In this document: positions 45,266 to 57,861 of the stretch, in pieces
Numbering within the stretch: the stretch's first letter is position 1
Layout: every line of letters begins with the position of its first letter
DNA from: Candidatus Pacebacteria bacterium CG10_big_fil_rev_8_21_14_0_10_44_54
GTDB lineage: Bacteria; Patescibacteriota; Microgenomatia; UBA1400; PJMF01
Direction of reading: 5' to 3'
NCBI GenBank assembly: GCA_002772695.1
Contig: PFDI01000004.1
Span: 326-63,564, forward strand
DNA: 63,239 nt
The notes under the pieces: model-generated
Database searches by the model: none
The model's input: the letters and a program-made list of their open reading frames with translations, nothing else
What the model was told of the DNA's origin: nothing
Program-made: the position numbers and the translations under genes

Positions 45266-45476
45266 GTCTGGAGTATAACAGAAAACCCACCACAACAGCC
45301 AAATTTCTTGCGAAACAGGTCAGTTGTCGTGGGTTGTTCCTCACCGGAATGTATGAGTACTATATGGCGTGATATAGAAAAAACACAGTAGGAAAATGTC
45401 TTGAGTTAGAGGTCTATAACACTTTTGCTGCTTTACAAAAAATTAGTTATAAGCCTAAATAATTCACGCAGATTTT

Positions 45477-47219
45477 TCAGGTATTTTTGCAGCGATTGCA
45501 AACTTCTTCAAAACTAATTAGTTGACTAGTATCACTCCCTCGAGCTTTCCACTCTAGCTTGCCATCAGTCTTTTTTGAGACGATTAGTCGATGTGGAATG
45601 CCGAGTAGATCAGCGTCGGAAAATTTAACTCCAGCGGATTCTGAACGATCATCCCAAAGCACCTCTACTCCAGCAGCTTGAAGTTTTGCAAATACCTCTG
45701 CAGCCTCATTTTCAACGCCAGCAAGTGAGACTAAATGTGCTTGATATGGGGCGATAGACGCAGGCCAAATGATGCCATGCTCGTCATGGTGCTTCTCGAC
45801 CACTGTCGCCATTGTGCGACCGATCCCAAAGCCGTAGCAACCCATATAAAATGGTTTTTGCTCACCTGTTTCACTGGTGAATGTCGCGCTCTGCATCTTC
45901 TTTGAGTAGTGATAGCCGAGTTGGAAAATGTTGCCGACTTCTATACCGCGCTTTTCGACTAGGGTGCTTTTGCCATCTTTGGTTTTAAAGCCTGGCTGGG
46001 CCATGGCAATGTCACCTTCGATATCATGAGTAAAGTCTTTTCCATAGTTAACATTGATGGAATCAGTTCGGTCCTCTTTTTGTCCACCGATAAAATTAAC
46101 AACAGTGCCCAGGGAAAGATCCGCAACATAAAGTACCTGACGATTTCTTTTTCCCGACTTTGTCTTTGTTTGTTTCAAAAATTTGTGTCCCCATGAATGA
46201 ACATAGCCTGGTTTTGTTCCAAGCAGAGCAAGATCTTCGATGGTTGCCGCTTCCAGTGAAACAAAGATTTCTTTAGTGTTATTATTCAAGACATGAAGAA
46301 GTTTTACTTCGTTCACTTCTAAGTCTCCCCTGATTGTAGCGATCACAATATCACCTTCTTGTGTTTTGTAAACGACATTCTTGAGGAAGTAGCACTTATC
46401 TTTTCCATAGTGTTTTATGTTGTCTTCCATTGTTTTAACCCAACTGGGTTGTTCAATAATTTGCAGTGCTCGAATTTTTTCATCTGGGTTTATTGTTTCT
46501 CGTTTGAACTGTGCAATGTCCTCATGTGCTGAGTATTTACCGTCTGCCGACACAAAGAAGCGACCTTCGCCAAGCTCAGATTCTACCTGAAATTCATGAC
46601 AGTATTCGCCGCCAATGTAGCCGTTGTCGGCCGCAACTTGGAGTACCTCAAGCCCCATTTTTTCATACATGCGTTTGTAAGCTTCAGCCATATTTTTGTA
46701 TTCTCTCAGAAAATCTTCTTCACATGTATGAAAAGAGTAAGCATCCTTCATGATAAACTCACGCACGCGCAAAAGTCCACCCCGAGCTCGTAACTCGTCT
46801 CGAAATTTATTAGAAAACTGGTAGAGATTAACGGGCAAATCCTTGTGTGAAAGGCGTAGCTTACGGACGATGTCGACAAACATTTCTTCGGCTGTGCCAC
46901 CAAGAGCAAACGCTGACCCGTTTCTATCTTCAACTTTCATGAGTTCAAAGCCAACTGAGTTGGTGCGATTTGTTTCTTCCCAGAGAGCAAGCGGATGTAG
47001 TGTAGGAACAAGCATTTCTTGTGCGCCTGTTTTATCCATTTCCGCTTTGATAATTGCTTTCATTTTTTCGTGTACACGCCAGCCAAGCGGCAGGAAGAAA
47101 AATCTACCGGCGCTTGATTCTCGAATGAATCCACCCTTGATAAGTAAGTTGTAGCTAGCAAACTTTGAGTCTTTGCTTTCGTCGAAAGTTGCTTTGCCAA
47201 ATAATTTTGAGTATTTCAT
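45477..47219 (-). CDS. proS: Proline--tRNA ligase (bacterial type, with editing insertion)
   Basis: KFRDELRARGGLLRVREF, GIEVGNIFQLG, GCYGFGIGR, VKFSDADLLG. Confidence 0.96.
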   Translation of the reverse strand: MKYSKLFGKATFDESKDSKFASYNLLIKGGFIRESSAGRFFFLPLGWRVHEKMKAIIKAEMDKTGAQEMLVPTLHPLALWEETNRTNSVGFELMKVEDRNGSAFALGGTAEEMFVDIVRKLRLSHKDLPVNLYQFSNKFRDELRARGGLLRVREFIMKDAYSFHTCEEDFLREYKNMAEAYKRMYEKMGLEVLQVAADNGYIGGEYCHEFQVESELGEGRFFVSADGKYSAHEDIAQFKRETINPDEKIRALQIIEQPSWVKTMEDNIKHYGKDKCYFLKNVVYKTQEGDIVIATIRGDLEVNEVKLLHVLNNNTKEIFVSLEAATIEDLALLGTKPGYVHSWGHKFLKQTKTKSGKRNRQVLYVADLSLGTVVNFIGGQKEDRTDSINVNYGKDFTHDIEGDIAMAQPGFKTKDGKSTLVEKRGIEVGNIFQLGYHYSKKMQSATFTSETGEQKPFYMGCYGFGIGRTMATVVEKHHDEHGIIWPASIAPYQAHLVSLAGVENEAAEVFAKLQAAGVEVLWDDRSESAGVKFSDADLLGIPHRLIVSKKTDGKLEWKARGSDTSQLISFEEVCNRCKNT

Positions 47220-47253
47220 TGTGCTCTATTCTACCAGTCGAGCGAGTTCTAAT

Positions 47254-48150
47254 CTAAGCAAACTGCGAAACCGCTTCGGCAATTTGCGGTGAAATATCTA
47301 TGATTTTTACTTTTGTATCGTGTTTTTTTTGCTGCACAGAGTTGGTGGTGACAATTGAATTCAGGCCAAACTCTTGCACAATTGTCTCAGTTCCTTGTGC
47401 AAAAATGCCGTGGGTGGCAAAAATATTGACTTCCTTAGCCCCTTTTTTCATCAGCAGTTGTGTTGTTTCGATCACCGTGTTACCCGAGACTATAGCGTCG
47501 TCATACGTTAGACAAATTTTACCTTTTACGACTCCGTGAATTGCTTCTACCATCACTTCACCGCTCTTAAGGTTGCGGCGTTTATCAATGTTTGCAAATG
47601 GTACACCAAGTTCATCGGCAAATTGACGCGCACGCTTGATGCCTCCAAAATCTGGGCTGACGACAACGCAGTTTTTGAGATCAAAATTTTCTCTTGTGTG
47701 TGCGACAAATAAGTCGAGAATACTAAGGTGTGTAGTTGGTACCGAGAAAAAACCTGGGATGCTCGCACTGTGCAAATCAACCAAAAAAATACGAGCAATG
47801 CTCGGTCGAGATAAAACATCAGCAATGACTTTGGCTGCTATGGCTTCACCCGGCTGAAATACTTTGTCTTGCAGTGAGTAACCAAGCCAGGGAATAACAA
47901 CAAAAATTTGTTTGGCTCCGAGGCGTTCTGTAGCATCTACCATTAGGAGTAACTGAATAATATTACTATCTACTGGTTGATTGAGTGATTGTACTATTAC
48001 AATAGTTTCGCCAGATACTTTGGCGTCGATACAAATTTTTTGCTCACCGTTGTGAAAACTTGTGCAGTCTGTCGAGAGTAGTTCCGACTGCAACTGTGTT
48101 GCTACCTTGTTTGCCAGTTGAGGGTTTGCCGTACCAGCGATAATTTTCAT
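47254..48150 (-). CDS. prs: Ribose-phosphate pyrophosphokinase
   Basis: FHNGE, DLH, VVSPDFGG, DKRR, DDAIVSGNT, ATHG. Confidence 0.93.
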   Translation of the reverse strand: MKIIAGTANPQLANKVATQLQSELLSTDCTSFHNGEQKICIDAKVSGETIVIVQSLNQPVDSNIIQLLLMVDATERLGAKQIFVVIPWLGYSLQDKVFQPGEAIAAKVIADVLSRPSIARIFLVDLHSASIPGFFSVPTTHLSILDLFVAHTRENFDLKNCVVVSPDFGGIKRARQFADELGVPFANIDKRRNLKSGEVMVEAIHGVVKGKICLTYDDAIVSGNTVIETTQLLMKKGAKEVNIFATHGIFAQGTETIVQEFGLNSIVTTNSVQQKKHDTKVKIIDISPQIAEAVSQFA

Positions 48151-48154
48151 ATCT

Positions 48155-51055
48155 TTATGCTCTATGCTCTTGTGCTTGGATAAGTCCGCACTTTTTGTAT
48201 TTTAACCCACTGCCACAAGGACAAGGATCATTTCTACCAATCTTAATTTTTTTTGAGCCGGGCAAAGGCTTTGCTTGTGCCTTCGCCGAACCAAGAGCCG
48301 CAGCTAAATCTCCGGTACTACCAGAGGTAGTTTGGCCGGCTGGTGTTGGTATGGCTGCATCAGCCACTTCTTTGGTGAGTGACTCGTTGATGTCATCCTT
48401 GTGCTCGATCATTCGGGTTGGTACCGCATTTTGTGTGGTAGAGTCTCGTGGTTGAACGCGGAAAATACGACTTGCAATGGTGGATTCGATGCTTCCTACC
48501 AGTTGCGAAAACATGCTAAAGGCTTCCTTTTTATATTCAGAAAGAACTGTTTGTTTGTCACCTCGTAGCCAAATACCATCCCGCAGGCCTTCCATAGCAT
48601 CGAGGTGATCCATCCATCTTTCGTCAAGCGTCGTGAGCGAGATAACTCGCTCAAGAAATCTCATCTGCTTGGTACCAAACTGTTTTTCTCTTGTCTTATA
48701 TGCCCTGTTTGCTAGGTTGCTTAACTCCTCGATAATTTCTTCAGTGGTATTTTTTTTACTCAGTTCTTTGGCTAGTTGTTGTTGTGAGGCAGTGTCAAAG
48801 GGGATGAGCTTGGAGAACTCGCGCACCAATTCGCCAAACTCACTGTCAGTATATTGTTGCGGCGCATGAAGCGAGACAATGCTCGAGACTTCATCAGATA
48901 CGTAGCCAGAAATCTCTTGGTGCAAATTATCAGCTTGCTCGAGTAATCGACGCCTTCTCTGATAAATAATCTCACGCTGTTTGTTCATGACATCGTCAAA
49001 TTCGACGAGGCGCTTGCGCTGATCAAAGAAAAAACCCTCAACCTTGACTTGAGCAGATTCAATTGATTTGCCAATCATCGAGTGCTCGATCGGCTGGTTC
49101 TCCTCAATTTTGAGGAAGTCCATTACTTTTGAGATTTGCTCGCCTCCAAAGATGCGCATAATCTCATCTTCGAGCGAAATAAAGAATTGTGACGCACCCG
49201 GATCTCCCTGTCGCCCCGCTCGTCCTCGCAGCTGGTTATCAATACGTCTCGACTCATGGCGTTCGGTGCCAAGAATATAGAGACCGCCAGATTTGACGAC
49301 TGCATCATGCGATTTTTTCCAGGTTGCAACTGCCTTTTGATACTCAGCTAAGTTGTAGTGTGCCGGATTTATAGAAGGAGCGAGCTTGAGTTCTTTGGCA
49401 AGCTTTTGATCGGCTGCAGCTGGTTTGCCTATCTTTTTGCTTTTGCGATAATCTTTGAGCTCAGGTTTTGAGCCTCCAAGGACAATATCGACACCGCGTC
49501 CAGCAATGTTGGTCGCGACAGTGATAGCACCTTCCTTGCCTGCATCGGCGATGATAAAGGCTTCACGTTCGTGATTTTTGGCGTTCAGGACTTGATGAGG
49601 GATTTTTTTGCGTGCAAGAAATTGCGCAACAATTTCATTATGTTCGATCGAGCGCGTACCGATTAAGACTGGTTGTCCAGACTTATGCAGCTCTTCTACT
49701 TCTGCAGCGATTGCCGAGTATTTGGCAGCAGCAGTTTTGTAGACAATATCTGGCTTATCGTCACGTCGTACTGGCACATTGGTAGGTATAACCAAGACAT
49801 CTATGTCATATATTTTTTTGAACTCTTCTGCCTCAGTCACTGCGGTACCTGTCATGCCAGAAAGTTTTTTGTATTGGCGGAAGTAGTTTTGAATAGTGAC
49901 GGTCGCCAAGGTTCTCGACTCCTGTTGGATTGGCACATTTTCTTTGGCTTCAATTGCTTGATGCAGTCCGTCAGAATAGCGGCGTCCAAACATGAGTCGG
50001 CCAGTATGCTCATCGACAATAACTACTTGTTTATCTCTGACAATATAGTCTTTGTCTCGAGTAAAAACAGTTTTTGCTTTGAGGGCGGCTTCGATGTGGT
50101 GGATAGTGTCGAAACTCTCTTCATAAAGGTTTTTTACTCCTAGTTTTTGTTCTACTCGTTTCACCCCAAGATCAGTCAGGGTGACGCTGCGGGCTTTTTC
50201 ATCGATTGCAAAGTCAGCACCTTTTTCGAGTGACGTTACCATCTGCGAGTACTCGTAGTATTTTTTGGTTGGTTGGCTATCGGGTGCAGAAATAATGAGC
50301 GGGGTGCGAGCTTCATCAATAAGAATAGAATCTGCTTCGTCAACGATAGCATAATGATGAGTGTCGTTTGGTCGTTGTGCCATTTGATCGAGTGACTGCA
50401 CCATATTGTCGCGAAGGTAGTCAAAGCCGAACTCATTATTGGTGCCGTAGGTTATATCTGCAAAATAGGCTTCTTTTCTCGAAACAGGTTTGAAGTGCTC
50501 AAGTCGTTCATCGCCCCGTTCTTCTGACTCAAATGTTGGGTCATAGAAACTTGATTTTTCGTGAGCGATCACTGCAGTTTGCATGCCAAGGAATGAGTAG
50601 ACTGGTCCCATCCAGCCTGCGCCGAGTTCTGCGAGGTAGTCATTGACAGTGACAAGGTGTGCGCCTTTTTCGAGCAACGCATTGAGGTAAAGTGGCGCTA
50701 CCACTGTCAGCGTTTTGCCTTCACCGGTTTTTTGTTCAGTGACAGAGCTATAGTGTAGGGCAATGCCAGCGAGTAGTTGGACATCAAACTGGCGCATGCC
50801 GAGTACTCGGCGAGATGTTTCTCTGACAGTCGCAAACACCTCTGGTAAAAGCTCGCGAAGAATCGTGGCATCATCTTTGCCAGATTCTCGTTCTGTCTCG
50901 ATGTTTTTTTTGAACTTTTTAGTTTGGATTGCAAGTTTTGAATCAGATAGTTTTTTGATATCTGGTTCAAGTTCATTAATTTGTTCAACTATAGTCTGGT
51001 ACTTGTCAAGTTGTTTTTGGTTAGAGTCAAATAAGCGAGTAAAAAAACCTAGCAT
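48155..51055 (-). CDS. secA: Preprotein translocase ATPase SecA
   Basis: KTGEGKT, NEFGFDYLRDN, DEADS, AGRGVDI, RRIDNQLRGRAGRQGD, GRNDPCPCGSG. Confidence 0.98.
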   Translation of the reverse strand: MLGFFTRLFDSNQKQLDKYQTIVEQINELEPDIKKLSDSKLAIQTKKFKKNIETERESGKDDATILRELLPEVFATVRETSRRVLGMRQFDVQLLAGIALHYSSVTEQKTGEGKTLTVVAPLYLNALLEKGAHLVTVNDYLAELGAGWMGPVYSFLGMQTAVIAHEKSSFYDPTFESEERGDERLEHFKPVSRKEAYFADITYGTNNEFGFDYLRDNMVQSLDQMAQRPNDTHHYAIVDEADSILIDEARTPLIISAPDSQPTKKYYEYSQMVTSLEKGADFAIDEKARSVTLTDLGVKRVEQKLGVKNLYEESFDTIHHIEAALKAKTVFTRDKDYIVRDKQVVIVDEHTGRLMFGRRYSDGLHQAIEAKENVPIQQESRTLATVTIQNYFRQYKKLSGMTGTAVTEAEEFKKIYDIDVLVIPTNVPVRRDDKPDIVYKTAAAKYSAIAAEVEELHKSGQPVLIGTRSIEHNEIVAQFLARKKIPHQVLNAKNHEREAFIIADAGKEGAITVATNIAGRGVDIVLGGSKPELKDYRKSKKIGKPAAADQKLAKELKLAPSINPAHYNLAEYQKAVATWKKSHDAVVKSGGLYILGTERHESRRIDNQLRGRAGRQGDPGASQFFISLEDEIMRIFGGEQISKVMDFLKIEENQPIEHSMIGKSIESAQVKVEGFFFDQRKRLVEFDDVMNKQREIIYQRRRRLLEQADNLHQEISGYVSDEVSSIVSLHAPQQYTDSEFGELVREFSKLIPFDTASQQQLAKELSKKNTTEEIIEELSNLANRAYKTREKQFGTKQMRFLERVISLTTLDERWMDHLDAMEGLRDGIWLRGDKQTVLSEYKKEAFSMFSQLVGSIESTIASRIFRVQPRDSTTQNAVPTRMIEHKDDINESLTKEVADAAIPTPAGQTTSGSTGDLAAALGSAKAQAKPLPGSKKIKIGRNDPCPCGSGLKYKKCGLIQAQEHRA

Positions 51056-51087
51056 ACGATTCCTATCGGAGTTTGCATTCTAACAAA

Positions 51088-52371
51088 TTACTGCGCAACT
51101 GGAGTGATGAGTTTCTTGCCCATCATGGCTTGTAATACTTTGGGGATGACTATCGAACCATCTTTTTGTTGGTAGTTCTCGACAATAGCTGCGAGCAGTC
51201 GAGGTGATGCGGCCATGGTGTTATTGAGAGTGTAGACAAATTTTTTTGTGCCGTCGCTTGCTTGATACTTGATATCTAACCTGCGTGCCTGGAAGTCGTT
51301 AAAATAGCTTGCTGAGTGTGTTTCTCGATACTTTTTTTGGGCTGGAAACCAAGTCTCAATATCATACTTTTTGCGCTGGCCCGCTCCCATATCTCCGGTG
51401 CACATGAGTAGCACTTGGTATGGCAGTTCAAGATCAGCTAGCAGCTCTTCGCTCAAGTGAGTCATTTGCTCATGCCACTCTCGAGTTTTGTTTTCATCAG
51501 CCACGGTATAGACTACCTGCTCTACTTTGTTAAATTGATGGACGCGAATAATGCCTTGAGTATCCTTGCCGTGTGCGCCAACTTCTCTGCGAAAACAGGG
51601 TGAAATGCCAGCCATCTTGATTGGCAGATCTTTCTCTCGTAGCAGCTCTCCTGTATGAAAGGCGGTCAAGGCTACCTCAGACGTGCCTGCCAAGAATTGC
51701 TTATCTTGTGTGAGGTAATGATCTTCCTGTCCCCAGGGTAAGTAGCCGGTGCCCCACATAGTTTCTTCGTTTACGAGCACTGGTGCCGATAGGAGGGTAA
51801 AACCTAAGTTTTCAAGTTTTCTCAGAGCGTACTGCAGTAGTGTTTGTTCGAGGAGTACACCATCATTTTTGAGAAAGTATGAGCGAAAACCGCCGATACG
51901 AACCGCTCGCCTAGTATCGAGCATATCTGCTTGTTCCATGAGCTCATGGTGTGGTTTTGGCGTGAATGCAAATTGCTTTGGCTTGCCAATTGTTTTTACT
52001 ACTTTATTTCCCGACTCGTCTGCCCCGACTGGAACATCGGCTGCTGGAACGTTTGGAATCTCCAGCATTTTTTCTGCGAAGCTCGCTTCTGCTTCCTTTA
52101 GTTTTGGTTCCAGTTCTTTGAGTTGGTCTTTAATTTTCTTGCCTGCTTCAGTTTGTTTGGTGGTTGGTTTTTGCCCGGAACCAACTGCCTGCTTGATCGC
52201 TTCAGCAATCATATTACTTTGCTGGCGAAGGGTGTCTGTTTCGTTTTGCAGCTGTTTGCGAAGTGTGTTTACAGAGAGTACTTCTGCAACTACCTTTGGG
52301 TCGAGATTTTTTTGCTTACAAGCCGCGATAATCTCAGCTTTATTTTCTCTAATGTACTGGATACTCAACAT
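51088..52371 (-). CDS. serS: Serine--tRNA ligase
   Basis: IPNVP, GTSE, FRREVG, RVHQFNKVE, KYDIETWFP, TLNNT. Confidence 0.97.
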   Translation of the reverse strand: MLSIQYIRENKAEIIAACKQKNLDPKVVAEVLSVNTLRKQLQNETDTLRQQSNMIAEAIKQAVGSGQKPTTKQTEAGKKIKDQLKELEPKLKEAEASFAEKMLEIPNVPAADVPVGADESGNKVVKTIGKPKQFAFTPKPHHELMEQADMLDTRRAVRIGGFRSYFLKNDGVLLEQTLLQYALRKLENLGFTLLSAPVLVNEETMWGTGYLPWGQEDHYLTQDKQFLAGTSEVALTAFHTGELLREKDLPIKMAGISPCFRREVGAHGKDTQGIIRVHQFNKVEQVVYTVADENKTREWHEQMTHLSEELLADLELPYQVLLMCTGDMGAGQRKKYDIETWFPAQKKYRETHSASYFNDFQARRLDIKYQASDGTKKFVYTLNNTMAASPRLLAAIVENYQQKDGSIVIPKVLQAMMGKKLITPVAQ

Positions 52372-52380
52372 AACAATTCC

Positions 52381-52914
52381 TTACTTGTTTTGAAAAACTT
52401 TAATTAAAAAAGTAATGTGCTCGTCTGGCGTTTTGCCAATGAGTTCAAAGCCTTGGCGAATGTCATCTCGGCTAACATTAGCTGCAAATGACTTATCTTT
52501 GATTTTTTTCTTGACTGACTTTGCCTTCATATCGCTAAATCCACCTGGCCGCATGAGCGAAACAGCGTGCATGAGGCCCGAAAGCTCATCACAGGCAAAC
52601 AGATGGCATTCAATGACAGATTCTGGTTTCTTGCCAGTTCGATCTGGCGCATGTGCTGCAATAGCATCAAGCAGTTTCGTGGGGTATTCAGCGAGTAATT
52701 CGCTAAGCGCTTTATTTGGATGCTCGTTAGGATAAGCCTCCCAATCTAGATCGTGTAGTAGGCCAGCTTGATACCAAAGTTCGATATCCTCACCAAGGGT
52801 TTTGGCGTACGCTTCCATAGCTTCGGCAACCATATGACAGTGATTGAGTAATGCCGGATTTTTTATGTACTCTTTGAGCAGGTTTTCTGATTGTTGGCGG
52901 GTTGGGAGTGGCAT
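52381..52914 (-). CDS. HD (HDIG) domain phosphohydrolase
   Basis: LNHC..GLLHDLDWE..AH..ACDELSG. Confidence 0.85.
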   Translation of the reverse strand: MPLPTRQQSENLLKEYIKNPALLNHCHMVAEAMEAYAKTLGEDIELWYQAGLLHDLDWEAYPNEHPNKALSELLAEYPTKLLDAIAAHAPDRTGKKPESVIECHLFACDELSGLMHAVSLMRPGGFSDMKAKSVKKKIKDKSFAANVSRDDIRQGFELIGKTPDEHITFLIKVFQNK

Positions 52915-52916
52915 GA

Positions 52917-54563
52917 TTATGAAAGTTGTCTTATTCTACTCTTTCTCAACTCTGAATCAATCGAGAGCAAAAACCAAGCTGCGCGTGGGCCAGATTTTTT
53001 ACCCAAGAATGCTAAATAAATCGCCTGAAAACCTTGACGTGCACCAGGGCCTGCTTTTGCCAATTCAAACAATGCCTGCTGTAAATCAGCTGGTTGCCAG
53101 TCTTTTTCTTCGAGTAAATCAAGCGCACCTTGCAAAAATCCTATTTGCTCGCTGCTGAGCGAAGCTGCTTCTTTTGGCAACTCTGCCTTTGGCATGAGCT
53201 GGTATTCTTCTGGAGCGTAGCGCATAACCCATTTTTTGGCGTACAGTACTCTATTTTCTAACACTGCTATTTCACTTGGGGTCAGAGGCGACCCTGCTAC
53301 TTCGGAAAATTGTTTAACCAGATCGATCTCTGGGTGCTGCATCCAGAGTGCAATATCACGAAATCTTGGCAAAAAATGTGCTTTTGGTGTTTTCTCAATT
53401 TGCGCGAGCTCAAACGCACGACCGAGTCGTTTGTCACCTGCTTCGGTTTCCCAAAAAATTCGCGCTGCTTGATCATACTCGTCAAACAGATCTGGGATAG
53501 ACAGTGAGGCAGGATCAAAGTCAATAACTTGGTTGTAGTCTTTGCTTGCAAAGAGAAATCTACCAATGGTGGGCGGAAAGAGTTGGACAAACTCGCGAGC
53601 CGAGGTTCCGACGCCTTTGCTTGAGCTCATTTTGGCACCGCGTATCAGAATCCATTCATACGGAATGTCAAAAGGAGACTCAATAGCAAACACTTCCTTG
53701 CATAGGGCATTGGCCATATCTCGGGATCCGCCCGCGCTTGTATGATCTTTGCCAGCGCCTTCTACCGTTACGCCAAGTGCCACCCAGTGCGCTGGCCAAT
53801 CTACCTTCCAGAGCAGTTTGCCAGTACCTCCAAAGGGAGAAGTATTGCCAGAATAACCGCAACCTGCAGCCCAGGTGACTTTATTCACTTGACACTCAAA
53901 GCTGACTTCTTTTCCATCCCATCCAGTGGTGAGTGTTGTGCCAACCTTGCCGCATTCAGGACAAATAACCTGAAATGGATACCAATTTTCTGGTAACTCA
54001 TACTCCGCAACTTCTTTGTAAATTTTTCTTATTTTGCCTATTGAATCGAGGGCTGTTTTTATTACTGCATCCATTTTGCCCGATTCATACAGTTCATGAC
54101 TCCAGATTATTTTTTGCGAACAGCCGAGGGTACGAAATGCATCAATAAAATCAAAGGCGTAAAATTCTGCAAAGCTGTTCGCATTTTCATATCGATTTTT
54201 TTCTGCCGTGGTAGTGTGCGAAAAGTCGATGCCAGATTCTGCAATACTGGGTGCTGGTATTTTGCACAGCGGTACGCCCATGTATGGCTCAAATTTTTCT
54301 GCAGGTAAGTAACTTGGAAGGCCATCCATAGGATCCATGTCATTAAAGATATAGGTATTGGTAATTTCAGTTGTTGTGGTAGCTAGTGATTTGGCGACTA
54401 AATCGTGTAAAACTACGCCTCGTAGCGCACCGGTATGCACTCGTCCGGATGGAGTTTTCATGTCATCAACGTGTAGCTTTGTGGTTTTTGTCTTTTTTTG
54501 CCAGTCAGCAAGTTTTTCTCTCAGAGCATCTACCCAGTGATTTGAATGCTGTAATGTGTTCAT
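52917..54563 (-). CDS. lysS: Class I lysine--tRNA ligase
   Basis: KTPSGRVHTG (HIGH-like), DMDPMD, KVDWPAHW, GKDH, KMSSSKG. Confidence 0.95.
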   Translation of the reverse strand: MNTLQHSNHWVDALREKLADWQKKTKTTKLHVDDMKTPSGRVHTGALRGVVLHDLVAKSLATTTTEITNTYIFNDMDPMDGLPSYLPAEKFEPYMGVPLCKIPAPSIAESGIDFSHTTTAEKNRYENANSFAEFYAFDFIDAFRTLGCSQKIIWSHELYESGKMDAVIKTALDSIGKIRKIYKEVAEYELPENWYPFQVICPECGKVGTTLTTGWDGKEVSFECQVNKVTWAAGCGYSGNTSPFGGTGKLLWKVDWPAHWVALGVTVEGAGKDHTSAGGSRDMANALCKEVFAIESPFDIPYEWILIRGAKMSSSKGVGTSAREFVQLFPPTIGRFLFASKDYNQVIDFDPASLSIPDLFDEYDQAARIFWETEAGDKRLGRAFELAQIEKTPKAHFLPRFRDIALWMQHPEIDLVKQFSEVAGSPLTPSEIAVLENRVLYAKKWVMRYAPEEYQLMPKAELPKEAASLSSEQIGFLQGALDLLEEKDWQPADLQQALFELAKAGPGARQGFQAIYLAFLGKKSGPRAAWFLLSIDSELRKSRIRQLS

Positions 54564-54584
54564 CTTTGCCTTGTATTTTATATC

Positions 54585-54606
54585 AAAAACCCCGCTTGCG
54601 GCGGGG
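54585..54606 (-). terminator. Intrinsic terminator after greA
   Basis: Minus strand CCCCGC-CGCAA-GCGGGG-TTTTT. Confidence 0.7.
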
Positions 54607-54629
54607 GGTCATTTTTTTTGATTTCTATT

Positions 54630-55118
54630 TTATTTTATGACGATTATTGTGTAGAGTATTTCCCCCGCAGGTGCCTCTACTGCCACATTTTGACCTTTTT
54701 TCTTGCCAATGAGGGCTTTACCAAGCGGCGAACCATTGGAAATTTTTCCCTGTTCTGGTTCGGCCTCAAACTCTCCAACAACTGTGACTATTTTGGTTTT
54801 TTTGCTACCTTTTTTTTGAATCGTCACCGTCGACCCAAGTCCGACAGTTGTGTGGCTTGTGGTGTTGGTTACTATTTTAGATTTTGATAAAATTGTTTCG
54901 ATTTCATCTATTCTAGCCTGGAGCAACTGTTGCTCATCTCGAGCACTATGGTACTCGGCATTTTCAGAGAGGTCGCCGTGTTCTCGAGCGATTGTGATAC
55001 GTTCGATAACTGCAGGTAACTTTTCTTCAATGAGTTGGCGTAGTTCTTCTTTTAGCTCGGCCATACCAGCTTTGGTAAGCGTTATAGTCTGATCTACTGC
55101 TGTAGCTGTGTTCTTCAT
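54630..55118 (-). CDS. greA: Transcription elongation factor GreA; start reassigned to ATG 55118
   Basis: HGDLSENAEY, VGLGSTV, ISNGSPLGKAL. Confidence 0.95.
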   Translation of the reverse strand: MKNTATAVDQTITLTKAGMAELKEELRQLIEEKLPAVIERITIAREHGDLSENAEYHSARDEQQLLQARIDEIETILSKSKIVTNTTSHTTVGLGSTVTIQKKGSKKTKIVTVVGEFEAEPEQGKISNGSPLGKALIGKKKGQNVAVEAPAGEILYTIIVIK

Positions 55119-55162
55119 ACGCGTTGAGTATAATAGCTTTTTCGGATCTGACAATACTATAT

Positions 55163-55582
55163 CTATAGTTTTGTCTTTTTTGTTCTCTGGGCAACCTTGA
55201 TTTCTAACAATGCTTTTCGTAGCACTGCTTCTGCTCTAACAAGCTCTTCTTGTTTTTCGCTTGAAACGATCGACTCTCGTGCTGCTTTGACTGCAGCTTC
55301 TGCTTTTTGCAAACTGATATCTCGATCCGAGACGGCAGAGTCAACGATTACTATGACTTCATTCTCTCGAGATACAGTCAAAAACCCAGCCGAAACAACA
55401 ATGCTTTCTTGTTTTTGCTTTGTGGTGTAGTTTAGTTCGCCGACTTGTAGCTTGGCAACTAATGCAGTATGACCGGGTAAAATAGTAATCTCACCATGTT
55501 CTGAGGGAGCGGATACCTGTTCGGCTTGGCAGTTTACCAGCTCTTCTTCCTGAGAAACGATTCGTAGGTGCAGTGTTGCCAT
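55163..55582 (-). CDS. atpC: ATP synthase F1 epsilon
   Basis: GEITILPGH, VSAGF, C-terminal helices. Confidence 0.92.
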   Translation of the reverse strand: MATLHLRIVSQEEELVNCQAEQVSAPSEHGEITILPGHTALVAKLQVGELNYTTKQKQESIVVSAGFLTVSRENEVIVIVDSAVSDRDISLQKAEAAVKAARESIVSSEKQEELVRAEAVLRKALLEIKVAQRTKKTKL

Positions 55583-55590
55583 GTCGTTTC

Positions 55591-57859
<2,269 letters not shown>

Positions 57860-57861
57860 AA